Shown here piece after piece: positions 45,931 through 60,760 of a stretch of DNA of 64,000 nucleotides. Made by a program: the position numbers and the translations under genes. The notes below the pieces were generated by a model. That model saw only the letters and a program-made list of their open reading frames with translations. It searched no databases and had not been told where the DNA came from. This DNA is from the human T2T-CHM13v2.0 reference genome, Homo sapiens, in the NCBI RefSeq assembly GCF_009914755.1, contig NC_060927.1; one strand, written 5' to 3'. How positions within the stretch are numbered: position 1 is the stretch's first letter; the number at the start of each line of letters is the position of its first letter.

Positions 45931-48363
45931 GCTGTCTTCAGAGAGGTATTCCGGAGATGGAAGTAGTTTTTTAAAGTTATGTAACTTTTAATTCAGTTTT
46001 TCTTTTTTCCAGTAGGGAGAATGAGAATGACAAATTGAGTATCCTCCTTCTCTCAGAATCTCTTCTGTCCTCCTCTTACCTTCACTGCCTTGCCACTTCT
46101 CTCCCTCCCCTCCACCCACCTCGCCGCAGCCCCCAGCCTTCTTCCATGCCTACCATCCGCCAAGCACTTTCTGCCTTCTCCCAGCCTGGCCATTGGATTC
46201 TGCCGGAAGAGAGATAGGGGAGAGCACAGAGGAGAGAAAGCGGTCAGAAGGGGAGAAGGGGTAGGGCTGGCGTAGAGATGGGGCGGGCGGGTTAGGGGGT
46301 CGGCGCGGGGGAGGTGAACTTGCCCTGCTCAATTGAAAGAAAATAATTTCAAAGTTCTTGTCTCGAAGGTTGAGACTTCGCCCACCTTGCTTTTACCTCC
46401 TCTCAATCCCTAAGGAAGTCCCTGGCTATTTTTAGGCCAAGCTCTTTTCTGATTCATCCCTAGCAATGATGGGAACATTATTCACTCTCATCAAAGACTT
46501 GTAAAACATCAGAGCTTTGACTTCCCAGCCATCCACCTTCTGATTAACTCCTAAGATTGGCTTGAGGTTTTCTGGGTGCACAGAACTCCCCATATAGAGC
46601 CCCGACCTGATCTTTCTAGGCCCCACTCCTCCACCCCCAACTTTTTGGCTGCCCAGCTGTTGATTTTAGGGATAAGCAGGAAATTCAAAAGTTGAAAGCA
46701 TTGCTTTTGTTCTACATTGATTCCTGGAACTATTGCAAAGTCTGCTTTTATAGGTACTCTGGAGAGTAATTTGGAAACTTATTTCTGAATAAAATATGAA
46801 TGCCACAGAAGAATGAAGGTTGAACAAAGATAGTCTGGTCACCAGTGCAAGTGGCCACAACTGTGAACTGGCTGTATGAGTCCTCCAGGGCGGTGTCCAG
46901 GAATGGGAGTTGGAAATACTTGCCTCAGATTAGATGGACCCGCACACCCTAAAGACTCCCTAGCTTGGGGCTGAATCCAGAAATCTGGTGACAGTTTTGC
47001 CACTAAGAAGTGTGTCCCAGAGGCAAGCCTGTCCCGTAGTGGTAATGTGTGCCTACTCGGCCTTCTGTGAGGCCTGGGAATGCCTTGTTGAAAACAGGTG
47101 GTGGGTAGAACAAGCCAAATCCATGCAGGGTTATCAGTATTCTGTAATTGTTTAGCACCTACCCTGTAGCAATGGTTCTTTAATGTTCTCATGACGTCCT
47201 TGTTAGTAAGCTATATACAGATACCCTGGACTTCTTTGTAAGTTAGCTTTGTAGGTCACCCAATAGGAGAGCTGTCCTCAGTAACAGGATGGAGTGAAGG
47301 TGAAGGGCTACAGGAGTACTTGGAGTGTGTTCAAGGAATGCCTTGAACTAATCTCATCTAATGTGTTAATCATTCTCTTTTGTCCTATAAAATAAAGTGA
47401 AGTGTATTTCAGTTAGAAAAGTCAATAAATATAGGCTCATTAAAAAGATTCAGACACTTAAGAATTTTGTGTGTTGGTCTCTTTGAACTGTATATTAAGA
47501 TTTCTAATTTTGAAATGTAGCTGAAGTCCATGTATTTTCATTAACCCTGTTTAGTAACTGTCTTGTGACAAATACTTTTGATGCATAAATGCATTTAATT
47601 ATCACAACTAACTTAAGAGGAAGGCGTCAGTATTCTGGTTTGTCAGATTGAAGATGCTGAGTGAAGAAATTGAGGGAGGCTCAGAGGAGTTACCAAAATC
47701 CTCAAGTTCACTCAGTGGTGCCTCTGAAGCTTGAACGTATGTTTTTTAGATCTCAAACCTTTGCTGTTTCTGTTGATTTATTCTATCTATCTATCTATCT
47801 ATCTATTATCTATCAGCATTTAATTTAAATATGTCATATATAATTTATACTCATTTGTTTATAGTTGCCTAAGTTATTAATTATTACTAATTTCTATAAG
47901 TTAGGTAATTTATAATTAGGCAATTTAAGTGAGCTAGGAGTTGAGTATCACATCTGGAATGATGGAGTTGCAGGTGGATGGGTGAGGAATCAGGAACAGT
48001 TCTGGAATGATTGGGAAGAAGACATCTCTCTTCTTCCTTGGAAGAGCTGTGGTGGGAGAGTGAACAAAAGCAGTAGAAGGAACTTCTTTGCCTTTCTTGA
48101 TGTGTGCTTGGCACTTGAGACAAAGGAATAGAAGCCACTGAACTCCACTTTGCCTGCTGTCACTGTAAACATGGCAATATGGCTGGGTCAAAAGTGAAAA
48201 ATAAATTATGGGTAATAGAGTGAGGCTGGTTTTCTTTTATGGCTTATTACAGGGGCTCAGTTTTCAAATAGAAATCCCAGAGGCATTTTAAGAGATGGCA
48301 ACATCATTTGAATAATAACAAACCAGTAAATTGATAGTTTTGAGGCAGGTAAGATTTATTTCA

Positions 48364-48669
48364 GGCCGGGTACAGCGGCTCATGCCTGTAATCCCAGCAC
48401 TTTGGGAGGCCAAGGCAGGTGGATCATCTGAGGTTGGGAGTTCGAGACCAGCCTGACCAACATGGAGAAACCCCGTCTCTACTAAAAAAAATACAAAATT
48501 AGCCGGGTGTGGTGGCGCATGCCTGTAATCCTAGCTACTCAGGAAGGCTGAGGCAGGAGACTCGCTTGAACCTGGGAGGCGGAGGTCGTGGTGAGCCCAG
48601 ATCACGCCACTGCACTCCAGCCTGGGCAACAAGAGTGAAACTTCGTCTCAAAAAAAAAAAAAAAAAAAA
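48364..48669 (+). mobile_element. AluSp-like
   Basis: ctgaccaacatggagaaacccc diagnostic; TSD aagatttatttca. Confidence 0.95.
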
Positions 48670-49406
48670 GATTTATTTCAATGAGCTAGCTAAAAATTAG
48701 CTCCATTGCCACGTGTTGTTCAGTTTAGGACAAGAATCAACTGGCTCTTTTGTGCTTGGATCAAACAAGTGGATTAAATCCCACAATGAGTATTATGAAG
48801 AGTTTCCTACCTGTAAGAAAATTTTCCCTGATCTATATAATATCTGCTTCTGATTGAGTCAAAAAGAAGAAAGGCTTTTTAGATGTAAGAGATAGGTATC
48901 CTGCCACTGTTGCAGGATCCTGTGTCATGTATTTAGACCTTTATCTAAAGACGGATGTAAATATCCGGGGAATGTTCATAGGAAAGCCCTGAAAATTCTT
49001 GAGCCATATAATAGGATCACAGAATATAAGATGCAGATTGCAAATGTAAATTATTAAGCCATGTAAAACAATAATAGAATGTAAGATGCAGTTGCAAATA
49101 TCTCCGGAAGGCACCTTGCAGAAGAATCTATGTGTGGCCTCTCCTCACGATCTAGAATTTGGGCAAGAGAGATGAAGCCAGTGAAGAAGGCAGTGTGTCT
49201 TCATGATCCAGTTTTGAGGCAAGACTCAGATGGCACAGGTAGCACACACCTACTGTGTCACAGGCTCTTCACCCTCAGGGCACATTGGAATCTCCGGGCG
49301 TTACTTCTAAAAGATACTAATTCCTCAGCTGATTCTAATGGGCAGACAGCTGAGAAGCACTGTACAGTCTATTGTTTGGCTGGGAGTGTCTGACAGTTTC
49401 ATGTGC

Positions 49407-49600
49407 TTTTTTTTTTTTTTTTTTTTTCATTTGAGAGAGTCTCACTCCTGCCACCCAGGCTGGAGTGCAGTAGTATGCTCATAGCTCACTGCAGCCTTGA
49501 CCTCTTGGGCTCAAGCGATCCTCCCACCTCAGACTCCTCAGTATCTGGGACCACAGGTGTAAACCGTCATGTCTGGCTATTTTTTTATTTTTATTTTTTG
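49407..49600 (-). mobile_element. AluJ right arm/FRAM
   Basis: T tail plus right monomer only. Confidence 0.85.
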
Positions 49601-50841
49601 TTGTGACAGACCATTTTATAATGACATAAAGTCTGTGAATATTAATCATGTAAGGGATAGCGCTCAGCGGTCTTCCTCTTAGAGCTGAGGACAGGTCAGT
49701 GAGGGCACTAGGCTACAGGAAGAGGCATTTCCTATAGATGACGGCTGTAAAATTTTAAGCTGAGTTCCTCCAGGAAGTCATAGAGTAATTAGTGGTTTTT
49801 TTCAACACACCAGAGTCCTAATTTGTGATCTCTAAGGGACAGCATAAATAAAGGCATGAGAGGCCAAGGAGGTGCATTGACACTCATTCTATGGCTCATT
49901 TGAAACTAGATATTTCCTTTTGTGCTAATCTTTATGGGTCCCAGCTGCCTTTTATGAGGGCTGAAAATAGCACCAGGGCTTTGGCCTCAGGAGCTCTGTA
50001 AATGGGGAGATGTTTCTGTCCCCTGAGAAACTGAAGATTCTTTGTACTGGGATGTCTTTTTCCCGTGTGGCTTCCCCTGGCTTTGAAGCAGTTCTGCAGG
50101 TTTTGAGTGGGGATGAGAGGTGACCCTATCCCTGGATTCCAGAAATGCACTTAACTCAAGAGGGATTTCCTCTGTCAAGATATCCCTAGGGCCTTTAAGT
50201 GCTCCCCTCGCACCTCTGACAGGCTAGGCCTCAGAGTCAGTGTAAAGTGCACTTGGGAAATCCAACATTTGTCTCCTCATCTAGATTTTCTCAAAGTCCA
50301 TTCTTAAAATTTCTGGGAGGCCTCTACAACTAAACAGCCCACAATCGTTAAATGTATATTACTTGTAGAAGGCACAGGTGTGGAATATAAGAACAGGGCA
50401 GTTTAAGAGCACCCCTCCTCTATGTGGTTTCAGTTTACGCAGGAAGATAAGGCCAGGCTCTGTTTGTTTTTGAACCTGAAACCGGACAGGGCAGTCAGTG
50501 GCAACAGCAGATGGGCTATGTGGACAGCTCAGGTATTGGAAGATCTCACTAAGGGCAGGTGGGGAGGGAGGCTTCCACCAAAGGGGAGATTTGACCTAAC
50601 TCCCGAAAGGTGGGAGGCCTCAGACCAGAGGTCTGCCATGGCCTCCTCCCACCTCCCTTACAATCTGGTCCACTAGGTGCAGGTGGGGCCTAGGTATGTG
50701 TCAGTTAAAATCCTTACCCAGTGATTCTGATGTGCAGCCAGGCTTGGGCACCTCTAATTGAGAAGGTTGGAAATACAGTCCAAGTGTGGACTGACCGATT
50801 CGTTTTCTGATGGCCAGCACCAAAATAAGAATGGCAGAGAA

Positions 50842-51290
<449 letters not shown>

Positions 51291-52477
51291 TTAGCAGATG
51301 CTTTGTGTCCATTATCTCTAGTTTTTGCAACAGTCCTGTGAGCTAATTTACTATTTATATATTTTAAAGCTGAGGACTTTGGGGCCTATGAGTTTCAGTA
51401 GCTTGCTTAAAGCCACCTTGCCTTTAAGTGGTATATCTTGGTTTGGAATCCAAGTGTGTTAGATACAGACACATTTTTTCCCCATTGTATTCTGTTGTTT
51501 CCCATGGTCTCCATGAAAGAATTATCTAATGGTGGAGTGGGAAGTAGGAGAAGAGTCATGGGACCATATAGGGTAAGGTGGGGGCCCCTCTGTGACACCC
51601 TCATAAACCGGAGCTCTGCACAGTGATGTGGACAAAAGGGAAAGTTGGAGAGCTTTGTGGAGACACACAGCAGGGATTGGTTCTGGCTCATCTCTCTGAA
51701 TTGCGTCTTTGAAATGGACTAGTGCACACCCTGAAGGGCTGTTAGGGTTAAGTGAAATGACGCTGGTGCTCAATAAACCATAGCAGTTGTACTTGTTTTC
51801 ATTGACCCCTCCTCTGCCTCACTCCAGCCTTCTCACTCCAGCTTTGCAGCTTATTTCCTGTTGTCTCTTGCAGCTGTCCTTTCATTTCCCTTCCCAACCC
51901 TTTTTTACATAGAACCTAGGCCACAGCAGTAGCCTTGTAGCTTTTTCTTGGTGTTTCCACTCTAAACCACACATGATTTTCCCTTAATTTTCAACTCGGC
52001 TCTGGTGTTTCAAAACCTTCAAGTTTCCAGTGCACACCCAATTAAGTCCAATCTATTCTGGGACAGCTATCAACACCCTCTGAGTGTGCTCCCAGCCTTT
52101 CACTCTCTCTAATCTTAACTTTCATTATTTGCCTCTGAAACCCACATTCCAGTCGGCAGGCTAGTCTGCTGGCCGGTTCCATTACGAATCCACACTTTGG
52201 ATGCTCTTTCCTGGGTTTGGAATGCCTTCAAAAATCCATCTTTCAAAATCCTGCCTATCCTCCCCACTTCAGAGCCCCCAGAGGATTTTCTTGCTAACTT
52301 CTTGATGAGGTTCTGTTCTGCCTCTGATCTCTCTTTTTGAAAACTTGATTCAGTAGAGTGTTGCCCTAAGGTCAGGGTCTTGCTGCCTTCATTTCTGTGT
52401 CTCTGGCACATCCTAGGTATTCAGAACTGTCTGTTGCAACACAATGACTGCCTCACAATCTCCCTCTGCCTTTCTAG

Positions 52478-52607
52478 GCTAACAAGGAAAGCCCCTGGAG
52501 CTCCTGTAATAAGAATGTGGTTGGAAGATGCAAACTGTGGATGATCATCACCTCCATTTTCCTAGGTGTCATTACAGTGATCATCATAGGCTTATGTCTT
52601 GCTGCAG
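52478..52607 (+). CDS. C3orf52: C3orf52 exon 2, transmembrane helix (LWMIITSIFLGVITVIIIGLCLAA)
   Basis: tttctag / G|gtaaga; 130 nt, phase 0->1. Confidence 0.93.
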
Positions 52608-53058
52608 GTAAGAGGATTTAGATGTGAATAAATAACACATTTTAAGAACTTACTTAAGGCTTGTGACTTACACTGAAATGGAAGATGTACTCATAGCCAT
52701 TTCATTATTTATAATGTGAATTTAAGACCGGCTTGGAATATATTGTATGGGTGGGAGATATGCCTGATTCTTGTGTTTTTGTTTTCTGTTGTTGTTGTAT
52801 TTTGTTGTTTTATAAGCTCCAGAAGAAATATAGAAACCAGTGTTTTACTTTAAACTCTGCTCATTGGATCTTGAAGAGGTTTCTTAATGTTTCAACTTAC
52901 TTAAACACTGATTTATATTTTATTTATATCCTGATACCTGTTGATTTGAATTCTTTTTCTTTTCATTTGTTTGCTAAAAATAATTATACTTCATCTGGTG
53001 TGTCTGATATATTACTATGATGATAAAATAATAAATAATGTATTTGAAAGAGTTTTAA

Positions 53059-53412
<354 letters not shown>

Positions 53413-56400
53413 CAATTTTAACTTGTTTTAGAAATGACTGTTTATTTTATTAGTGTTGTATGTGTGTATAAAACAAAAAATGTATAGAATGCTAACTATA
53501 TATGACTACATCTATTCCATATATTATTTCATGTTGTTGCTTATTTTGATTGAAAAATGATATATGTTCAGTTACCCATAAAACCCATCTGTAATATTAA
53601 TATTTGGTCATATTTTCTTCTAGTCTTTTGTTTAGTTGCATTTCTAAAATAATTTGAGATTAGATTTCTTTATAGTCTTGTGGACTACCTTTAGGATTTT
53701 GATATTATGTTTAGATCATTTTGCCAAGTCATTAAAAATTATTTGTGAACATTATTATTTTTATGATTTGCATGATACAGTCTTCCACATCATTTAAAGT
53801 TCTTTAGGTAGTTACCAATTTTTTAATGATTATTAGTATTCGTTAAAGTTTTTACATCCTCCAGTGGACAATCATTTCAATTCAAAATGGGAAAGAAGAA
53901 AATTGTTTTTATTTATATGTGGGGGTGATGGTAGAGAGGGGCTCGACTGAGGCTGGGATACTCCCGAGCATGATCCAGCCTTCATGCGGCATGGGTTGAG
54001 TCCAGCTCCCAGTTACAAACCCAGTCATAGAATGAGAAGAAGAAGGGGTAACTCCCCAGTCTCTCCAGAGGGAGTTCTCAGGAATTTTCCTCAGAAACTA
54101 CATTTTCCATTTACCGCTTGTTTCCCCTTCTCCCAACCCCTTAATTTCCTGTCTTAGAGTTTTGTAATTCCTGAAGGAATAGGAAAACTTTGATGACATC
54201 AGCCAACCTCCAGCACATAAGTTTCCTGGCCAGGCACCATATCTACGTATTTACTTAGGGCATTGTTCAGGTGTGTTGGATGACTGTTTGAGGATATAAG
54301 CTGGTGTTAAGGTAGGAAAAAGCTAATGAAGTGTGCTGCACCTCCTCCGTCATGCTGAGGACAATAGTTTTGGTGTGAGCATTGCCATACTTCCTATTCA
54401 TATCAATTCCAACACATGGATGTTGAAAATGAGGTTGAGTAGCACAATCTTGTCCTGACATAACTAGTTGGTGCTATCCTAGAAGTTGATATTTGGATCC
54501 TGTTGGCATCTGGGGCCTATCATAAAGGATGATTCAAGAGATCTAGATGGTTTAATATTCAGGATTCTAAAGCGCAAGACCCAGGATCTGTCTTCCATTC
54601 TCAAAAAGTCATCTAACCTCTTCACCTCACAAAGAGCAGTCTGCAAGAGGAAGGTATTTCACTTCCTTCCACAGTTTTTCTGGAGATGTAAAAGGTTATG
54701 GGATAATATTCAGGGAAGAATTTTTTTAACACTTGTAGTGCAAACTTTATTTTTAATTTAACTGTAAATTTGTGTTCGAACATGTCAATGCTGTAAGAGA
54801 GATTTTTTCAAACTACTTTTTAAATCAAGGAAATACTTGTATTTTACTTGGCATCTCAGCTCTTAGGTATTTGATCCTGTGGGGAGAGTCATGTTAGACG
54901 TGGGGGTGGGGGGAGATACAGTAGGTTAAAAGGGGTGGGGCAGGGGCTCCCTTCTGTGACAGTCCCAGCCTCACCTAGAGCAGTTCCGTAGGCATTTTTT
55001 GGGGATGATCTTCAATAATCAGCCACTTCCTAATTGCCAAGCCCATTAATATGAATCAGATATTTGTGGAACTTTCAAGTACTGCATGGGAAATGTTGTC
55101 TGGGGATAAAAACACTGTTGGGAGAGTCAAGGGCTGTGCCTGTGGCTGTCTGGATTTACTGGGTGACTAAGGTTCCTCAGGAACTATATTTGCCATTCAT
55201 TGCCTGCTTACCCTTCTCTAGACCCCTTAATCTCCTGTCTCAAGGCTCTGTAGTCTTCAGACTGAAGCTTGGAGGCGGAAGTGTTAACTTTTGTTCTTCA
55301 GTAGGCAGGTCTTTGCAAAACTACCCAGAAAGGCTGAGGAAGCTGAGAGGCTAAAGAAAAACTGACAAATCCAGTTACTCAGAAAGAAACATTTAACAGG
55401 GTTTTAGGAACAGAAGCCATGCGTTGGGCAGCAGTGAGAGGAGATGGTGCATTCCTGCACCATTACCCCAAAGGCCCAGGGCTTAAATACCACAGAAAAA
55501 GGGTATGCATGCTTCAGAAGGGATGTGTTTTATAATTGCATAAGGGCAAGATTTATGGCATGTAGATAACGTTAAGGTTGTTTAGACCTGAGGGTGAGAT
55601 TTATGGTAAGTATGTGCTCTTATACATGCAACAGTAGATGAAATAGAAATCTTAGAGGCATTTCCAGAGCTGGGATTAATCAGAAGTTAATACAGTGAAA
55701 TAATAACTAAGACGGAATTTCTTTAGCCTTCAAAACTGTGCAGTTGGGGTGGACATAAAATGGGACAGTGAAAGCATCTCAGAACAGAAAGTTGGGGAGG
55801 GGACACCTGGGTACCCAGGGCAGGGTGTCCAGTGGGGAGTTATATTTTTTCACTCGAATTAAGAATTGTCAGCATGTGGTGATAATAAAAGCAGACCAAC
55901 TTGTAGTAGGTTTTATTATTGCTGCTCATTCTCTACAGACTGTGCAGCCTTCATTGCCTGTACATGGGTTGGGCTTGCCCACTACTCTTCCCTTGTATGC
56001 CATTGAAGAATGACAAATTCAGGATCATGGCTTAGCTTAAAGCACTGAGTAGGGGCTTTGTATGTGCTAGGGAAAAGAGGCTACCTGTCCACCAGACTCA
56101 CAATCGACATGGAAATTTTTTTAATGTCCATTTTTATGAGTGGAACCCAGGGAATTCTGTTATTTGAGACTCTTTAGGGAAAAGGTATTAATGGATTCTT
56201 TCCTTCCTCATAAGGAATTATAAATTTCTTGATTTGAAAGGTACAGAAACAAAAGCCTTCATCTTTTTCTCAAAGTCATTTTCTTTCTGGATAATTTGGA
56301 GGATCAGTTGAGTGTTCTCAAGGGTTCTCCTTTCTTCAATAATTCACCCTAGTCATGGAGAGGTGAGACCCTGAATAACACTTTACTAATGAAGTTTTGG

Positions 56401-57004
56401 TTGGGGCAAAATATTTTAAATATTTCAAAAACAAAACTGTGACAAGTAGGTGGATGCTTAGAAACATGATTTAAATTGATAACATCCTGGAGACCCTCAT
56501 GTGATATCCCCCAACATTATACCCCAGATTCTTGCCTGACCCTAATCTCTTAATTTATACACCTTTTATGAGTAGGAACGCTGTGGTACTGAGATATAAG
56601 CAACGACTTCCTAAGTGACGTTGTGTTGAGTGGATTTGTTTGCCTTTCAGTTGTGAATAAGAGCTACATTTTATGATGTCATGTGGTTCTGGCAGACTGA
56701 CAGTTTTCACAGGGTAATGCTCCCTGGTGTAGGGTGACTCATGGGAAAATCCTAGGCAGACAGCATTAACAAGCTATAAGCTGCCAAGGTCCTTTGGGGC
56801 AGGAACATGAGAGCAGTGCTAGACCCAGTACCTTGAAATTTCTTTCCATTTTCACCTGTTTATCTTTTCTTCAAATCGCTGATGTTTCTCTACCAAGATG
56901 GACACCCTTACCTGTGGTCTCCATATAATATCTTTCAGCTTCCTCTGACCCAGAGATCTTCAGATATCTCCTCCTCTCTCTAAGCATCCTCAGGTTCTTC
57001 TTAA

Positions 57005-57129
57005 TTTATGCCTAGTGTTCCATTATTGGAATGCTAATCATGTAGAAGTTATTTATATCTTACTGCTCAAGGTCATCACCAAAGTCTGAATGCAAAAATT
57101 CGAAAAGTTCAACCTCAGGTATAAATGGG
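57005..57129 (+). mobile_element. MER85 piggyBac-derived MITE
   Basis: TTAA at 57001-04 and 57130-33; tttatgcctagtgttccattattggaa...ataaatggg. Confidence 0.88.
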
Positions 57130-57720
57130 TTAACTCTTCAAATGCACTAGCATCCTCTCTCCTTCAAAGCAATCTTCCATCAGGATTCTTGCTACTTCAT
57201 TTAGATATGTGTTTTTCTCTCCCTTCTTTCACTGGCACACTTCCAGAAAGAAAGGTCTGCATTTGAATCTTGCCTCCTGCAGACTCCCAAACCTCTTGTA
57301 TCTATTGGTTCCCAATTTTTCTTCCCAAGATTACTAGCAATTGTCTGATCGTGGAAGCCAACATTTCTCTGTCTCCTGCCTTATTGTCAGCTTTTAGCTC
57401 TGCCAACTTCATTATACTCTTCTGAGTCTATAGAACTCCTGGACTTTAGGTTGATTTTGCTATTTTTGCTCTTGGCATCTGCATTGTGGGTTCATGAGGC
57501 TTCTCTTCAGCTTCGTGACTTTTCACATTCTTCATTCTTTTTCTTGGAGAGCTCATTCACTCCCAGGACAGCAGCCATGCCTCCAAGAAGGTGACTCCTA
57601 GATCTACATCTGTACAATTTTCCTGAGTTTTGGAAGTACTCTTGGCTAGAGATATTTATCTAAAAATAACTGTCATCATCTCAATTATTATACATGTGAA
57701 ACTACCATTTGTTTGTATGC

Positions 57721-58466
57721 TATTTTAGTCTGCTTGGGCTACTATAACAGAATATCATAAACTAGGTAGCTTATACATAACAGAAATTTATTGCTTACAG
57801 TTCTGGAGGCTGGGAACTCCAAGATCAAAGTGTCAGCACACATTTGCTGTCTGGTGAGGGCACACTTTTTATTTCGTAGATCATGCCTTCTAGCTATATC
57901 TTCTATGGTATAAGGGGAAAGGCAGCTTTCTGGGCCTCTTTTATAAGGGCACTAATACCATTCAAAAGTGCTCTCCCCTCATGATCTAATCACCTCCCAA
58001 AGGCCCCACCCTCTAAGACCATCTGATATTGTTTGGATTTGTGTCCCTGCCCAAATCTCATGTTGAATGGTAAGAGGGGCCTGGTGGGAGGTGATTGGAT
58101 CATGGGGGTAGATTTCCCCTTTGCTATTCTCATGATAGTGTGTGAATTCTCATGAGATCTGATGGTTTAAAAGTGTGTGGCTCTTTGTTGTTTGCTCTTT
58201 CTCTCTCTCTCCTGCTCCCCCATGGTAAGACATGCTTGTTTCCCCTGAGCCTTCTGCTATAATTGTAAGTTTCCTGAGGGCTCCCATCCTTGCTTCCTGT
58301 TAAGCCCGCAGAACTGTAAGACAATTAAACCTCTTTTCTTCATAAATTGCCCAGTCTCAGGTAGTTCTTTATAGCAGTGTGAGAATGGACTAATACACGC
58401 TCACATTGGTGGTTAGATTTCAACATATGCATTTTTCGGGGAGACACAAACATTCAGACCATAACA
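57721..58466 (-). mobile_element. MaLR LTR (MLT1A/MSTD-like) split by a nested opposite-strand LTR
   Basis: Host halves 57721-58023 and 58398-58466 are contiguous when the insert is removed. Confidence 0.75.
58024..58397 (+). mobile_element. MST/THE1-type MaLR LTR (nested)
   Basis: tgatattgtttgg..caaatctcatgttgaa start, gagaatggactaataca end. Confidence 0.85.
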
Positions 58467-60199
58467 TATCCTTCATCCCAATTTGTTCATCTTTTCCCCA
58501 TTCACTCACCCTTTATATAAGACCAAGTTTATTTTAGTTCTGCTACTATCCAATTGTGTAACTTTAGGCAAACTTGTCAAGCCTCTGGGCCTGTTTTCCC
58601 ATTTATAAAATGTAAAGGATTTCGGAATCTGAGTCTATAAATATACCTTGACCCTAATACATGCTAATTCATTGACCTGAACAAATTATGCATTTTCTCT
58701 AAGCCTCAGTGTCTTCATTTAAAAATGAAAACAACAATATTTAACTCATTGGGTTAATGTGAGGATTATGTGAGGAAAATATATTCATAAGGTGCATAGT
58801 AGAATGTTTGCACGTCATACTTAATACAGTAGCTATTATTCTTCCTGTTCCTGGGCTTGATATCTTGGAAACCTTTTTGATTTCTTCTTTCTCATATCTA
58901 GATAATGGCCAAATCTTACCAGTTATTCCTTGGTAGTGTCTTGATAGCAACTTTCCCACTTACTACAAGGCACCATGCAGGATACTTTATGCATGTTGGT
59001 TTTCATCTTTACTATCACCTACATTGTAGGTGTTGATATTTCTGTTGGAGAAGTAGCTTCAGAGATTTAAGTGACTTGCTCAAGGTCACCTGGCTAACAA
59101 ATAGCCAACAGGAGTTCAGACTGAGTCTGGCTGCCTTTAAAGCCAGCTCTGTTTCTACTATCCTGGGCTTTCTCATTAATTTTTTCTTTTTGTTCCTTCT
59201 GCTGTCAGTCAAATCAGTCTGTTCCAAACTTGTGCCTGTTGGCCTCTCTGCCTCATCTCTCCTCGTTTCATTTATCCCATCCATGACCACCCGATTAACC
59301 TCCATTAAACACCAGCCTCTACTTTCTTCGTGGGCGATGTTTAACAACACTCCATTACCCCTTGAAGGTATCTGGCGTTTAAGGGCTCTCTCTCTAGCTT
59401 AATTTCTTATATTCTAGCCAAAGAACTGTTTTCATGTTCCTTCAACATACAACACATGTTTTTGTGATTTTTAAAAATATGTTTTTTCTACACGAATAAG
59501 TATAGCCCAGATTATCTCATTAGTGACATAAAAACTCTCCTGACTGAGTAAGCCTGTCGTTGTTACTATTGTTATTATTTTGACACACACAACTATTTAG
59601 ATAGGTCTTGGTACAGATTCATGATTTGAATGATACACATTAAATATGTGTCAGAGCTATTATGGGAGGCCTGTTTTCACACTTGGCATCTCTTCTCAGT
59701 GTCCTTGAGTTTAGCAGTTATTTGAACCTTGTATCTATCCTCTTGGCATCCCCTATTGTTTTCTGAGGCATTGATATCTATTATGGAAATCTACATGGTG
59801 GGTATAGAGCTCAAAGATACCCATTGAAATATTATTTATAGAAGTAGAAAGCTAAAAATGATAAATGTCATATTTAAGAAAATAGGTGAGCCTATTATGA
59901 ACATTATGAAGCCATTGAAATAATCTTTGCAAGGAATTTTAAGCACATGGGAAATGGCTTTTGATATGTTTACAACAGAACAATCAGGATAAGTAAGCAA
60001 TAATGGCAGCAAACAACAAAAAGCAGGATATAAATTACCTGTTTGTTAGGACCTTAAATATATAATATCAAGTATAGGAGGAAAAAACCCTCTTGATTGC
60101 AAGATTATTCGTATTTTTTTCTTTGCTTTGTTACAATTTCCTGCACTTTGCAAAATTTTTTGCTATGAAGGCGTAACTTTTTTTTTAAATCATACAACA

Positions 60200-60760
60200 T
60201 AATGTCATGACTTATAACAAGTAAGGACGCAGGGATAATTCCCTACGTTTGGGGGTCCCCAAGATTACTCCTAGATTCAACAATTTGCTAGGAGGATACA
60301 CAGGACTCAGCATGCAGTCCTACTGATCACTATGATCTATTACAGCAAAAGGATACATTACATCAAATGATTAATTACAGCAAAATCCAGAGAAAACCAG
60401 GAGCAAGCTTTCAAGTGTCCTCTCTCAGTGGAGTTGCACCAGACTTGTTTAATTCCTCCAGCGATAGGCTGTGACAACACATGTGAGATCTCATCTACTA
60501 GGGAAGCTTATTGGAGATTCAGTACCCGGGGTTTTCACTGGGGCTTGGTCATATACGTAGCCTCTGCCTACTATGCACTAAAAATCCAGACTCCCAGAAG
60601 GAAAGGAGATGTTAGCCACATTGTACAAACAGTTGAGGCACAGTGAGCCCCTCTCATCAGGGGAAAATCCAGGTTCTCAGACACCAGCCAGGACCAATTT
60701 CGAGGAGGCCTTTCTTATGCTAGCAATCTCAGGCCTGCTATATTAACTCTTTTCTGCACA
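60200..60760 (-). mobile_element. MER21-like LTR
   Basis: ggggtccccaagat..ttgctaggagga..caggactcagcat pattern; boundaries approximate. Confidence 0.55.

Noticed and set aside
49021-49100. ~25-nt direct repeat (agaatataagatgcagattgcaaat / agaatgtaagatgcagttgcaaat)
   Set aside because: Only two degenerate copies; ordinary slippage duplication, not an array
49630-49790. Possible intronic structured ncRNA/snoRNA
   Set aside because: No convincing C/D or H/ACA boxes or long stem recognised; an Infernal/Rfam scan would settle it
55280-55730. Probable old ERV LTR remnant (similar suspicion at ~9170-9520 and ~43950-44230)
   Set aside because: Could not define termini, TSD or family confidently
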